From a bacterium (GTDB lineage: Bacteria > DUMJ01): a DNA stretch of 50,860 nucleotides. Below, one piece after another: positions 32,247 through 41,326 of the stretch (position 1 is its first letter; each line of letters begins with the position of its first letter). A program made the position numbers and the translations under genes. The stretch lies in contig JBMFMV010000006.1 in assembly GCA_049970495.1 (NCBI GenBank), positions 1 to 50,860 on the forward strand. The letters run 5' to 3'. A model generated the notes under the pieces. The model ran no database searches. It had not been told where the DNA came from and saw only the letters and a program-made list of their open reading frames with translations.

Positions 32247-33487
32247 ATGCCATAGAGGTTATTATTAAAAAGAGAGATGGATACGAATTAACCAAGGAAG
32301 AGATAGAGTTCTTTATAGATGGATTCTACAGAAAAGAGATAAAGGACTATCAAGTGAGTGCCTGGCTTATGGCCTCTTTTATTAGAGGTCTATCGAAGGA
32401 GGAAACTAGACATCTTATCTCTGCCATACTATCAACAGGTAGAACAGTTATATGGAATTTTCCCGTAGTGGACAAACATTCAACTGGTGGAGTAGGTGAT
32501 AAACTTAGTTTTGTGGTAGTTCCACTTTTAGCCTCTCTTGGGTTTAAGGTAGCTAAGCTTTCTGGCAGAGGACTAGGGCATACAGGAGGAACCATAGACA
32601 AGTTAGAGGCTATCCCTGGATTTAAGACTAATCTTACTCTAGAAGAATTCAAAAGATTAGTAGAAGATATAGGATGCAGTATAATAAGTCAGACAGAAGA
32701 CCTAGTTCCTGTTGAGAAAGATATCTACTCTTTAAGAGATGTTACGGGGACGGTAGATAATATCTCCCTTATAACCAGTAGTATCCTTAGTAAGAAGGTA
32801 GCTGGAGGGGCAAAAACAATAATATTTGATGTCAAGGTGGGCTCGGGTGCATTTATGAAGAGTCTTAAAGATGCAGAAGAGCTAACTTCCTGGCTTATAG
32901 AGATAGGAAAGTCTTTTGGTAGAGAAGTAAAGGCGATAGTATCAGATATGAATCAGCCACTTGGTTATGCAGTTGGGAATCTACTGGAAGTTATAGAAGC
33001 TATAGAGACCTTAAAAGGAAATGGGCCTCAAGACTTAGAAGAATTGGCTATTGAGGTTGTAGGAACTATAGCCTCGAAAGATTTGGCAAAAGAGGTCTTA
33101 AAAAATGGTAAGGCTTTTGATAAATTCAATGAGATGGTGAGGGCTCAAGGTGGCGATATTAGTAAACTTACCCCTTTAGCTAGAATATACGATTTTTCGG
33201 TTTCGGATGCTGGTTATATAGAGCGCCTAGACGCCTATCTTATAGGAGAAGCGGTTAGAGCTCTAGGAGCCGGAAGGTATAAAAAAGAAGATATTATAGA
33301 CCCTAATGTGGGAATAGTGCTTAAGAAAAAGATTGGAGATTATGTAAACAAGGGAGAAACTATACTAGAGATATACTATAACGATGATGAAAAATTAAAA
33401 GATAGCATAGAGCTTATAAAGAAGGCGGTATCTATAAGTCAAAATGAGGTTAGAAGACCTACTCTCATCTATTCTGTCTATTCATGA
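32243..33487 (+). CDS. pdp: Pyrimidine-nucleoside/thymidine phosphorylase
   Basis: DKHSTGGVGDK, SGRGLGHTGGTIDKLE, SILSKK, DVKVGSGAFMK. Confidence 0.95.
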   Translation: MNAIEVIIKKRDGYELTKEEIEFFIDGFYRKEIKDYQVSAWLMASFIRGLSKEETRHLISAILSTGRTVIWNFPVVDKHSTGGVGDKLSFVVVPLLASLGFKVAKLSGRGLGHTGGTIDKLEAIPGFKTNLTLEEFKRLVEDIGCSIISQTEDLVPVEKDIYSLRDVTGTVDNISLITSSILSKKVAGGAKTIIFDVKVGSGAFMKSLKDAEELTSWLIEIGKSFGREVKAIVSDMNQPLGYAVGNLLEVIEAIETLKGNGPQDLEELAIEVVGTIASKDLAKEVLKNGKAFDKFNEMVRAQGGDISKLTPLARIYDFSVSDAGYIERLDAYLIGEAVRALGAGRYKKEDIIDPNVGIVLKKKIGDYVNKGETILEIYYNDDEKLKDSIELIKKAVSISQNEVRRPTLIYSVYS

Positions 33488-34187
33488 CGTAGACTTATGT
33501 TTGGAAAACGCCCATAAGAGAGATATTCCTATCTATCTTGTAGGCGGAACTCTCAGAGATATACTTCTTGGTTTAAAGATAAAAGACATAGATTTAGTAG
33601 TAGAGACCTCAGTGGATAGATTTCTAGAATATATCGAAAGCCTCAATAAAAAAGGAAGGCTGCTTAAGAGGTTTTATACTTTCAAGTTTTCTGTGAGTCA
33701 TAAAGATATAGAACATATCGATATAGCGATTGCAAGAAAAGAGGTCTATCCTAAGCCTGGAGCATTACCTTTAGTAGAACCCGGAAAAATTAAAGAAGAC
33801 CTATATAGGAGAGATTTTACTATAAATGCCTTAGCTATTCCTATTTATTCAAATAAAAAGATAGGTGAGATTCTAGACCCTTTAGGAGGAACAAGAGACC
33901 TAGAGAACAGAATAATAAGAGTCCTCCACGATAAAAGTTTTATAGATGACCCTACTCGTATCTTCAGGGCAGTAAGATTTAGTGTAAGGCTTGGTTTTAC
34001 TATAGAACCATATACGTATAGCCTTATGGAGAATGCAGTGAAATATGGAGCCTTAAGGACTGTTGGTATAGCTAGAATTAGAAAAGAGATTGAATTATGT
34101 AGAAGAGAAGAAAGGTATAGAGAAATCTTTGATGTCCTTAAGGCTCTCAACGTTCCATTAGAAGAATTTATAGAACTTGGAAATTAA
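33444..34187 (+). CDS. Class II tRNA nucleotidyltransferase (CCA/A-adding family), short form
   Basis: VGG.LRD..DIDL, ARKEVY..PGALP, DLYRRDFTINA, DDPTRIFRAVRF; 247 aa. Confidence 0.85.
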   Translation: MRLEDLLSSILSIHDVDLCLENAHKRDIPIYLVGGTLRDILLGLKIKDIDLVVETSVDRFLEYIESLNKKGRLLKRFYTFKFSVSHKDIEHIDIAIARKEVYPKPGALPLVEPGKIKEDLYRRDFTINALAIPIYSNKKIGEILDPLGGTRDLENRIIRVLHDKSFIDDPTRIFRAVRFSVRLGFTIEPYTYSLMENAVKYGALRTVGIARIRKEIELCRREERYREIFDVLKALNVPLEEFIELGN

Positions 34188-34446
34188 ACCTCTTTTCTGT
34201 ACCCCTATTACCTTCATTGTCTACTGGATACACCGAGACCATATACGTTCCTGGAGGCGCTCCATAAGGAACTTGCATAGAAAGTTTGAATTGATCTCCT
34301 TCCTTCTGGAACTGAATCATGTAACCATATTCAGGTATTCTTCCATAGACAGCCTTGGTATCTGGAGATGCCTTGACAATAACTGTTACCATATCTCCCT
34401 GTCTTCCAGAAGTGGGATTTACATCTAAACTTAGTATTTCTGCCAT
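34168..34446 (-). CDS. Small hypothetical protein, probable Ig-like beta-sandwich
   Basis: GGAGGAGGT RBS; pattern P...QGD.VTVIV...VPYGAPPGTY.V.V...D..GN. Confidence 0.65.
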   Translation of the reverse strand: MAEILSLDVNPTSGRQGDMVTVIVKASPDTKAVYGRIPEYGYMIQFQKEGDQFKLSMQVPYGAPPGTYMVSVYPVDNEGNRGTEKRFNFQVL

Positions 34447-34509
34447 AATCTTACCTCCTCCCAACAGGTATTTTTCTATATTCAATATTATCATCTCAAG
34501 ATTTCCCTG

Positions 34510-34968
34510 TCAAATAGCTGTTTGTTCAATCTGTATAATAATGCTCTGGGTTAAAATCTTTCCACTATGATTAATAATTATTGTAACGTTGTATGTTCCA
34601 ACCCCTAAAGTTCCAGTAAGGTTATCATAATCTGCTTTATATATGGAGTCTTCTAGTAATTCTATAGGGATAGATATTGAAGGGGTAATTTGGACTATAC
34701 TATTAGCTAATTCGCTGCTAGATAGAGGTTCTTGGATCTTTATTTTTATTCTAAAGCTTGTATTTTGAGGAATTTTATAGGTCAATCCTATAGGAATCAC
34801 CTGCTCTTCAAAGGGTTCATTATCAGTAGTATCTCTATCTATCCATACTTCAACCTTTTCTATAAAGGGTTTACTACAATTACATCCATTAACTCCAGCG
34901 ATAATAAATATAGAAAGTATTGATACTACAACCTTTAGTATACTAAAAAATCCTCTATGATTTTTCAC
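34510..34968 (-). CDS. Hypothetical exported protein, possible lipoprotein
   Basis: GGAGG RBS, GTG start, basic plus hydrophobic N-terminus ending VNG-C. Confidence 0.6.
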   Translation of the reverse strand: MKNHRGFFSILKVVVSILSIFIIAGVNGCNCSKPFIEKVEVWIDRDTTDNEPFEEQVIPIGLTYKIPQNTSFRIKIKIQEPLSSSELANSIVQITPSISIPIELLEDSIYKADYDNLTGTLGVGTYNVTIIINHSGKILTQSIIIQIEQTAI

Positions 34969-34990
34969 TTAAGTCCCTCCTATTTTAGTT

Positions 34991-36172
34991 TTAACTAAGA
35001 GCCTTTTTACAAGCCTTTATTCTAGATTCAATCTCTTCATCTTTCCAGTCGGGATTAATTGATATAAAGACAGTCCTGCTAAGGATATCTAATGTTTTAG
35101 GACACATATCTTTTGAGTAATTTATCCTAAGATCCCTATTCTCTGGAAATTCAAAGGGGTTCATTCTTGGGTGATGGCCAACTCTATGTTCTAAGATTGG
35201 CTCCCAATTAGAATATACATGCTTACCTGTATCTATAGGTAACCATCCTTTAACTTCTTCCTTCTGAGCAAATCCTCTAGCTTCTTTCTCCGATTCAAAC
35301 TGAATACCTACTACTACCCCACAGTCCCCTTCCGGGTCATTAGCTGGAACAAGCTTTACCCCTGTAGTTTTTAGTTCATCTATAAAAATTCTTTTGATAC
35401 GCCTTAGGTCTGCAAGTATACCATCTAATCTTCTAAGCTGAACACGTAATATTGCCCCCATAATTTCATTAGCTCTTAATTGAAGCCCTATAAATATTGG
35501 TATATTAACCTCTTTAGGGGATGGGCTAAGAAAGACAAACCCACTATCATGATAAACTAAGACTCTCTCATAGACTAATCTGTCATCTGTTACTATACAT
35601 CCACCTTCTCCACAGCTTATTATCTTATAGTAGTTAAAGCTAAATACTCCAACATCACCTAGACTTCCTAATCGCTTTCCTTTATAACTTCCACCCACTG
35701 CTTGACAGGCATCTTCTATCACTTTTATCTTATACCTCTTTGCTATTTCTATTATCCTGTCCATATTAGCCGGAAGTCCTTGCATATGAACCGGTATAAC
35801 AGCTTTAGTATTTGGGGTAATCTTTCTTTCTAAGTCTTCTGGATCTAATGTCAGACTTTCATCTATCTCTGCTATAACTGGGATGGCTCCGGCATTTAAG
35901 ACCGCAGATGCTGTAGCAATAAAGGTATAACCAGGGACAATAACCTCATCTCCAGGACCTATACCAAGTCCAATTAAGCCACTTGCTAGAGCAGATGTCC
36001 CTCCGCCAGCCATAAGTAACGCATATTTAGTACCTATCTTTTCCGCCCATTCCCTTTCGAATGTTACTACCTCCTGCAGGTGGCCCTCTTGAGGATCCCC
36101 ATACCTAGAGAGTTGTTTACTCTCGAGGACCTTCCATATCTCTTCTAACTCTTCTTTGCCTATCCTGTACAA
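34991..36172 (-). CDS. DegT/DnrJ/EryC1/StrS-family PLP aminotransferase
   Basis: GPGDEVIVP..TFIAT, IEDACQA, FSFNYYKIISCGEGG; TTG start chosen by GGAGGTG spacing. Confidence 0.9.
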   Translation of the reverse strand: MYRIGKEELEEIWKVLESKQLSRYGDPQEGHLQEVVTFEREWAEKIGTKYALLMAGGGTSALASGLIGLGIGPGDEVIVPGYTFIATASAVLNAGAIPVIAEIDESLTLDPEDLERKITPNTKAVIPVHMQGLPANMDRIIEIAKRYKIKVIEDACQAVGGSYKGKRLGSLGDVGVFSFNYYKIISCGEGGCIVTDDRLVYERVLVYHDSGFVFLSPSPKEVNIPIFIGLQLRANEIMGAILRVQLRRLDGILADLRRIKRIFIDELKTTGVKLVPANDPEGDCGVVVGIQFESEKEARGFAQKEEVKGWLPIDTGKHVYSNWEPILEHRVGHHPRMNPFEFPENRDLRINYSKDMCPKTLDILSRTVFISINPDWKDEEIESRIKACKKALS

Positions 36173-36222
36173 AGGCATCACCTCCACAGAATAGTATAAC
36201 AAAAAAGATAGTATTTAAAAAT

Positions 36223-36263
36223 TAAAGCCCCCTTAGGTATCTATTTATCCTAAGAGGGCTTTA
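36223..36263 (-). terminator. Intrinsic terminator after rubrerythrin/rubredoxin operon
   Basis: TAAAGCCCCCTTAGG...CCTAAGAGGGCTTTA inverted repeat followed by T-rich tract on the minus strand. Confidence 0.75.
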
Positions 36264-36291
36264 TGATAACTTTCTAGACTTTTATATTACT

Positions 36292-36627
36292 CTATCCCCA
36301 CTTACCCTTACTTATATGGCCCTGAATCTCAGCCTTTATCTTCTGCTGGAAAAGAAGAGCCTGTTCTTTTGCCTCAGTAAAGATCTTGACACATGGCGGA
36401 TCCAAGTTATCATCTATACCCTTTTGTGCTAGTTCAGCAACCTTTGCCATTAAAGTGAATAGCTCTATATGAAGCCCATTGGTAAACCTTGATCTGTCTA
36501 TAAGTTTAACCTGATCCTCTGGGATCTGCGTAAACTTCTCTCTAGGTGCTCCACACTTTGGACATACCTCAGGTGGATTCTCTACATCTAGGACTATGCC
36601 GCAGACTCCACATCTCCACTTACTCAT
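36292..36627 (-). CDS. Rubredoxin-like domain protein
   Basis: KWRCGVCG...PEVCPKCGAP..KF plus helical C-terminus ending H..KGKWG. Confidence 0.85.
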   Translation of the reverse strand: MSKWRCGVCGIVLDVENPPEVCPKCGAPREKFTQIPEDQVKLIDRSRFTNGLHIELFTLMAKVAELAQKGIDDNLDPPCVKIFTEAKEQALLFQQKIKAEIQGHISKGKWG

Positions 36628-36642
36628 AAAAATCACCTCTTA

Positions 36643-37146
36643 CTAGAATTTTTTGAATTTTTCTTTTGGTGCACCACATATAGGGCATCTGTCAGGAGCG
36701 GACCCTTCTACTGTATGTCCACATACCTGACATATGTATATATCCCCTATCTCTACATCGTTTCCACTTTCTACAGCTTGCTTTGCCTTCTGATACATGG
36801 CAGAGTGTATCTTTTCTGCTTCAAGGGCAAAGTGTATGCTTCTCTTTGCCTCTGGCTCACTCTGTAATTCAGCTATAGCATTATAAGCTGGGTACATCTC
36901 TTGGACTTCAAAGTTTTCTCCATCGATACAGACCTGTATATTGTCTGAAGACCCTTTTATTCCAGATAGGGCTCTTAAGTGATTTGTTGCGTGAATCTTT
37001 TCTGCGTCTGCTATTGCCCTAAATAGTCGGGCTAAATTGGGTCTGCCTTCTTGTTCTGCAATCTCAGCAAAAATTGTATACTTCATGTGGGCTTGACTTT
37101 CACCTGCAAACGCTGATTTAAGACTTTCTTCAGTCATTCTTCTCAT
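36643..37146 (-). CDS. rbr: Rubrerythrin
   Basis: AFAGES.A, AEKIHA di-iron motifs, C-terminal CQVCG...CPICG. Confidence 0.93.
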   Translation of the reverse strand: MRRMTEESLKSAFAGESQAHMKYTIFAEIAEQEGRPNLARLFRAIADAEKIHATNHLRALSGIKGSSDNIQVCIDGENFEVQEMYPAYNAIAELQSEPEAKRSIHFALEAEKIHSAMYQKAKQAVESGNDVEIGDIYICQVCGHTVEGSAPDRCPICGAPKEKFKKF

Positions 37147-37186
37147 ATTATCTACCTCCTAAACAATAATTTTTATTATTTACTTA

Positions 37187-37214
37187 ATATTATCAAAAAT
37201 TTTTATTAAGTCAA
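37187..37214 (-). promoter_or_regulatory. Putative promoter of rubrerythrin operon
   Basis: TTGACT, 16 nt, TAATAT with extended TG on the minus strand. Confidence 0.45.
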
Positions 37215-37219
37215 GTAAT

Positions 37220-37858
37220 TTACTTTTCTACTTTACCTTTTACAAGATACCAAATGTATAAGTCGGTTTCTCCAGGTAATCTGCCAAACCTATAAGATAA
37301 CTCTTTAAATCTCTCTTCAATAAGAAGATATCTCTTCTCTGTCCAATTCTTAGGAATAGTATCGATTAATCTTACGACTTTAAGCACTCTGAGTATATGT
37401 CGATCTAGGATACCGACATCTAAGTTTCCAACGTTTCTTAAGAAGTGACTAGATTCTTTCCACCCAATTCCTTTGGCAGATTTTACCAATTCTTTTCTTG
37501 CCTCTGTTGAAGGCAAAGAGATAAATTTTCTGAGTTTTCCTAAGAGACCTCTATTTTTAACTATAAACTCTGCCCTTTTATTTGGAAAGCGATGCCCTAA
37601 TTCAGATAGAATCTGTGAGAGTTCTTCCTGTGAATATTCTATAAAGCCTAGCGTTCCTATCTTCTCTTGGGCTTTTATCCCACCAATAGCGCTCCAGTTA
37701 GCAGTAAGGACACAGAAGCTTAACTCAGAAAAAAGCTCCTCTTCTGAACCATAAGAACCTAGTCTTTTGAATTGATGTATCCTTTCGTCTACAAGGGGCT
37801 TAGCTCTATCTTCTATAGCTTTTAGCTCTGCAATAAACTTTTTAAGATATTCTTCCAT
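37220..37858 (-). CDS. ogg: 8-oxoguanine DNA glycosylase/AP lyase (OGG2, archaeal/Thermotoga type)
   Basis: ELSFCVLTAN, GHRF..RA, KGIG.KESSHFLRNVG, ILDRH, DLY.WY...GKV.K. Confidence 0.9.
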   Translation of the reverse strand: MEEYLKKFIAELKAIEDRAKPLVDERIHQFKRLGSYGSEEELFSELSFCVLTANWSAIGGIKAQEKIGTLGFIEYSQEELSQILSELGHRFPNKRAEFIVKNRGLLGKLRKFISLPSTEARKELVKSAKGIGWKESSHFLRNVGNLDVGILDRHILRVLKVVRLIDTIPKNWTEKRYLLIEERFKELSYRFGRLPGETDLYIWYLVKGKVEK

Positions 37859-38011
37859 AGAAGAATTTTACCATAGAATTTCAATTTCTAATATAAGGAT
37901 CACTTTGGCCTATCGGTTTTGTGATGACAAAAAGATGTCAGTATCCCTTACCGAAGTTTATTCAAAACTATTGAGGCTAGTCTCAATTTGTTTTATATGA
38001 TAAACTCTATA

Positions 38012-39247
38012 GTGATGTCTAGAATAAGTAGAATAATAACACTCTTAATTTTAATAACCCTTATATTTAGTAGAGTAAAGATGGTAGATAGTAGAGTAAA
38101 ACTGGGATTAGAGGTATTATTGGATGAAAGGTTTTCTCTTATAAAGGGAAAACGAATAGGCCTTGTAACGAATCAGACTGGAGTAGATAGTTGTTTAAGA
38201 AGTAATATAGATATCCTATATAGATTCCCGGGGATAAGACTTACCACCCTCTTTGCTCCAGAACATGGGATAAGGGGGGAAAGGCTAGCCGGGGAGTATG
38301 TAAAGAGTTATACGGATGAAAAGACCGGACTTCCTGTCTATAGCCTCTATGGAGAAACAAGAAAACCTACAAAGGAGATGTTAAAAAATGTTGATGTCCT
38401 TATATTTGATATCCAAGATGTAGGGGTAAGACATTATACCTATATATCTACTATGGCTCTGGCTATGCAGTCAGCGAAGGAAAACAATATAGAGTTTATA
38501 GTCCTAGATAGGCCTAACCCTCTTGGAGGAATATATGTAGATGGTCCTGTGTTAGAGCCGGAATTTAGCTCATTTATTGGTTTATATCCTATACCTAATA
38601 TATATGGGATGACGATTGGAGAATTGGCACTTATGTTTAACAGCGAATTTAAGATATCTTCTAAGTTAACAGTGGTCCCCATGAATGGATGGAGGAGGGA
38701 TATGAAATTTAATCAGACAGGTTTATATTGGGTTATGTCTTCTCCAAATATACCTGATTTTGAGACTGTAATGTTATATCCTTGCACAGGACCGATAGGA
38801 GATACATATCTCTCTGTAGGGGTGGGAACAACTAAGCCATTTCATTTTGTAGGGGCTCCTTATATTGACCCGGATAGGTTAATCGTAGAGCTTTTAAGAA
38901 GAAAAATTGAAGGGGTCTTTTTTAGAAGTGCTTATTTTATACCTCGATATTCTAAGTTTCAAAATAAATTATGTAAAGGGGTAGAAATATACATAATCGA
39001 TAAAGATAAATTTAAACCTCTAGAGCTATGTATAAATATCCTAGATATTATATATAGGCTCTATCCTAAAGATTTTAACTGGGGGGATAAATCTGGTGAG
39101 AGATATATATTCGATTTGAGTATGGGAACTGATAAAGTCAGAAGGTATATAGAAAGCGGAATAGAACCAAAAGAGATTATAAAGGTTTGGAAGAAAGATA
39201 TGGAGAAGTTTTTGATAATTAGAAATAAGTATCTAATCTATAAGTGA
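38012..39247 (+). CDS. namZ: Exo-beta-N-acetylmuramidase NamZ (DUF1343/YbbC)
   Basis: Signal/TM N-terminus, GLVTNQTG, FAPEHG, FDIQDVG.R.YTY, LDRPNP, GMTIGELA; start uncertain (37988-38015). Confidence 0.88.
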   Translation: MMSRISRIITLLILITLIFSRVKMVDSRVKLGLEVLLDERFSLIKGKRIGLVTNQTGVDSCLRSNIDILYRFPGIRLTTLFAPEHGIRGERLAGEYVKSYTDEKTGLPVYSLYGETRKPTKEMLKNVDVLIFDIQDVGVRHYTYISTMALAMQSAKENNIEFIVLDRPNPLGGIYVDGPVLEPEFSSFIGLYPIPNIYGMTIGELALMFNSEFKISSKLTVVPMNGWRRDMKFNQTGLYWVMSSPNIPDFETVMLYPCTGPIGDTYLSVGVGTTKPFHFVGAPYIDPDRLIVELLRRKIEGVFFRSAYFIPRYSKFQNKLCKGVEIYIIDKDKFKPLELCINILDIIYRLYPKDFNWGDKSGERYIFDLSMGTDKVRRYIESGIEPKEIIKVWKKDMEKFLIIRNKYLIYK

Positions 39248-39259
39248 GGAGGGGACTAT

Positions 39260-40171
39260 TTGGTAAGATACATCCTTGGTATAGATGGAGGAGGAACCAA
39301 GACAGAGGTAGCAATTGCTACAGAGACTGGAGAGATAATTTCTAGGGCTTATAGTGGGCCATCTAACTGGACTACAACTCCGAAAAAAGTCGCTAAAGAG
39401 AATATTATAGAGGGTATAGAAACTGCCTTAAGACAAGTCCCAGGCATTAGAGTTGATCTAATTAGTGCTGGTGTAGCTGGAGTATCAAAAATAGAATGGG
39501 AATTGAAAGAATTCTTACTCTCTTTAAATATATCAAAAGAGGTGATAGTAACTACTGATGCACATATTGCTCTTGTGGGAGCACTTTTAGACACAGAGGG
39601 CGTAATAATAATAGCGGGTACAGGTTCAATTGGATATGGAAGGAGAAATAACTTAGAAAAAAGAACTGGTGGATGGGGATACCTTTTAGGAGATGAGGGT
39701 AGTGCTTTTGATGTTGGTAGAAGGGGAATTATAGCAGGACTTAAAGCCTATGATGGAAGGGGAGAAAAGACTATTCTCTTAGATATGATTTGTGAATATC
39801 TAGGTCCCGGAGATATGGAAGTCTTGATAAAGATAATCTATGAGAAGGCTAAAGATATAATATCAAGTTTTGCTAAATATGTGGTAAAGGCCGGAGAGAT
39901 GGGAGATAAAGTGGCCTTAGATATACTTAAATCCGCATCATATGAGCTTAGCCTTTTAGCTATCTCTACAGCAGAAGGATTGGGATATCAAAGGGAAGAT
40001 AAATTTAGTATAGCGTATACTGGAGGATTTTTTAAGGCGAAGGGTATTGTAACTGAAACTTTTATTAGATTTGTAAAAGAAAAATTCCCAAATAGTAATA
40101 TCTTTCCTGCTAAGGCAGAGCCTATATTTGGGGCTATAATAATAGGACAAAAATTTCTAGAGAAGGGGTGA
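39260..40171 (+). CDS. BadF/BadG/BcrA/BcrD-family MurNAc/GlcNAc kinase (MurK-like)
   Basis: GIDGGGTKT, IAGTGS, GGWGYLLGDEGSA; lies between namZ and murQ. Confidence 0.85.
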   Translation: MVRYILGIDGGGTKTEVAIATETGEIISRAYSGPSNWTTTPKKVAKENIIEGIETALRQVPGIRVDLISAGVAGVSKIEWELKEFLLSLNISKEVIVTTDAHIALVGALLDTEGVIIIAGTGSIGYGRRNNLEKRTGGWGYLLGDEGSAFDVGRRGIIAGLKAYDGRGEKTILLDMICEYLGPGDMEVLIKIIYEKAKDIISSFAKYVVKAGEMGDKVALDILKSASYELSLLAISTAEGLGYQREDKFSIAYTGGFFKAKGIVTETFIRFVKEKFPNSNIFPAKAEPIFGAIIIGQKFLEKG

Positions 40172-40178
40172 AGTTTAA

Positions 40179-41069
40179 GTGGGAACAGAGGATTATAATG
40201 AACTTACTTCAAATTTTGATCTATTAAGCACTTTAGAGATGGTTAAACTTATGAACCAAGAGGATAAGAAAGTTCCTCTGGCTATCGAGAAAGTTCTACC
40301 TGATATAGCTAAGGCTATAGATATCATAGTAGATGGATTAAAGAATGGTGGAAGACTTTTCTATGTTGGAGCTGGAACTAGTGGGAGGTTAGGTGTCTTA
40401 GATGCTGCAGAATGTCCACCTACCTTTGGTGTTGACCCAAAAATGGTTCAAACAATAATTGCCGGAGGAGAAAAGGCCATTACTTCTGCAGTAGAATATG
40501 CAGAAGATGATGTGGAAAGCGGAAAAGAAGAGATAAAAAAAAGAAATGTGACAGAAAATGATATAGTCGTAGGCATAACTGCTAGTGGAACCACTCCATT
40601 TGTAATTTCAGCCTTGGAAGAGGCTTACGAAAGGGGAGCAAGGACTATCTTAGTGACTAATAACTATAACTCTCCTGCTAAGAGTTTTGTAGATGTAGCA
40701 ATAGAGATAGATACAGGACCAGAAGTAATAGCAGGTTCTACTAGACTTAAGGCTGGAACATCGCAGAAATTAGTATTAAATATGTTTAGTACTATAAGTA
40801 TGGCAAAATTGGGTAAAATCTATGGAAATATTATGGTCGATGTAAAGCCAACTAATCAAAAACTCATAAATAGGGCTGTTAGAATAATAAAAAAGATTAC
40901 AGGAGCTACAGAAGATCTAGCATTAGAAAGATTAAAGGCCTGTAATATGAATGTAAAAGAAGCCATAATAAGTATCATAGGAAATTTAAGCCCAGAAGAT
41001 AGTAAAAGGCTTTTAGATGAATCTAATGGTTTCCTAAGAACTGCCATTGAGAAGCTCAGGAATAAATAA
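40179..41069 (+). CDS. murQ: N-acetylmuramic acid 6-phosphate etherase
   Basis: GAGTSGRLGVLDAAECPPTFG, GPEVIAGSTRLKAGT.QK. Confidence 0.96.
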   Translation: MGTEDYNELTSNFDLLSTLEMVKLMNQEDKKVPLAIEKVLPDIAKAIDIIVDGLKNGGRLFYVGAGTSGRLGVLDAAECPPTFGVDPKMVQTIIAGGEKAITSAVEYAEDDVESGKEEIKKRNVTENDIVVGITASGTTPFVISALEEAYERGARTILVTNNYNSPAKSFVDVAIEIDTGPEVIAGSTRLKAGTSQKLVLNMFSTISMAKLGKIYGNIMVDVKPTNQKLINRAVRIIKKITGATEDLALERLKACNMNVKEAIISIIGNLSPEDSKRLLDESNGFLRTAIEKLRNK

Positions 41070-41297
41070 CTTCTAACTTAGAACATTTTTCTGTACATTA
41101 GAATTAATCGAAGGCCCTCTTCGAGGTAAATTCCCTTTATTTTGTCTTTCCTCAGTAAAGGAAGTTTCCAAGAAAATTCTAATATAGAAATGACACATGT
41201 GGAATGTGGACTTTAAAAGTTCTTCTTGAATTTTATCAAAGGGGACATAATTTGACACTTTGGCAAGATACAATCCTTCCTAAGGAAGGAGAAGGGG

Positions 41298-41326
41298 TTG
41301 AAGTGCTATATAAAAAGTATTATCAT
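41298..41326 (+). promoter_or_regulatory. Putative sigma70 promoter of cas operon
   Basis: TTGAAG (41298-41303), 17 nt, TATCAT (41321-41326). Confidence 0.55.

Noticed and set aside
37160..37180. PerR/Fur box upstream of rubrerythrin
   Set aside because: The best match has about 4 mismatches to TTATAATNATTATAA in a very AT-rich tract, indistinguishable from chance.
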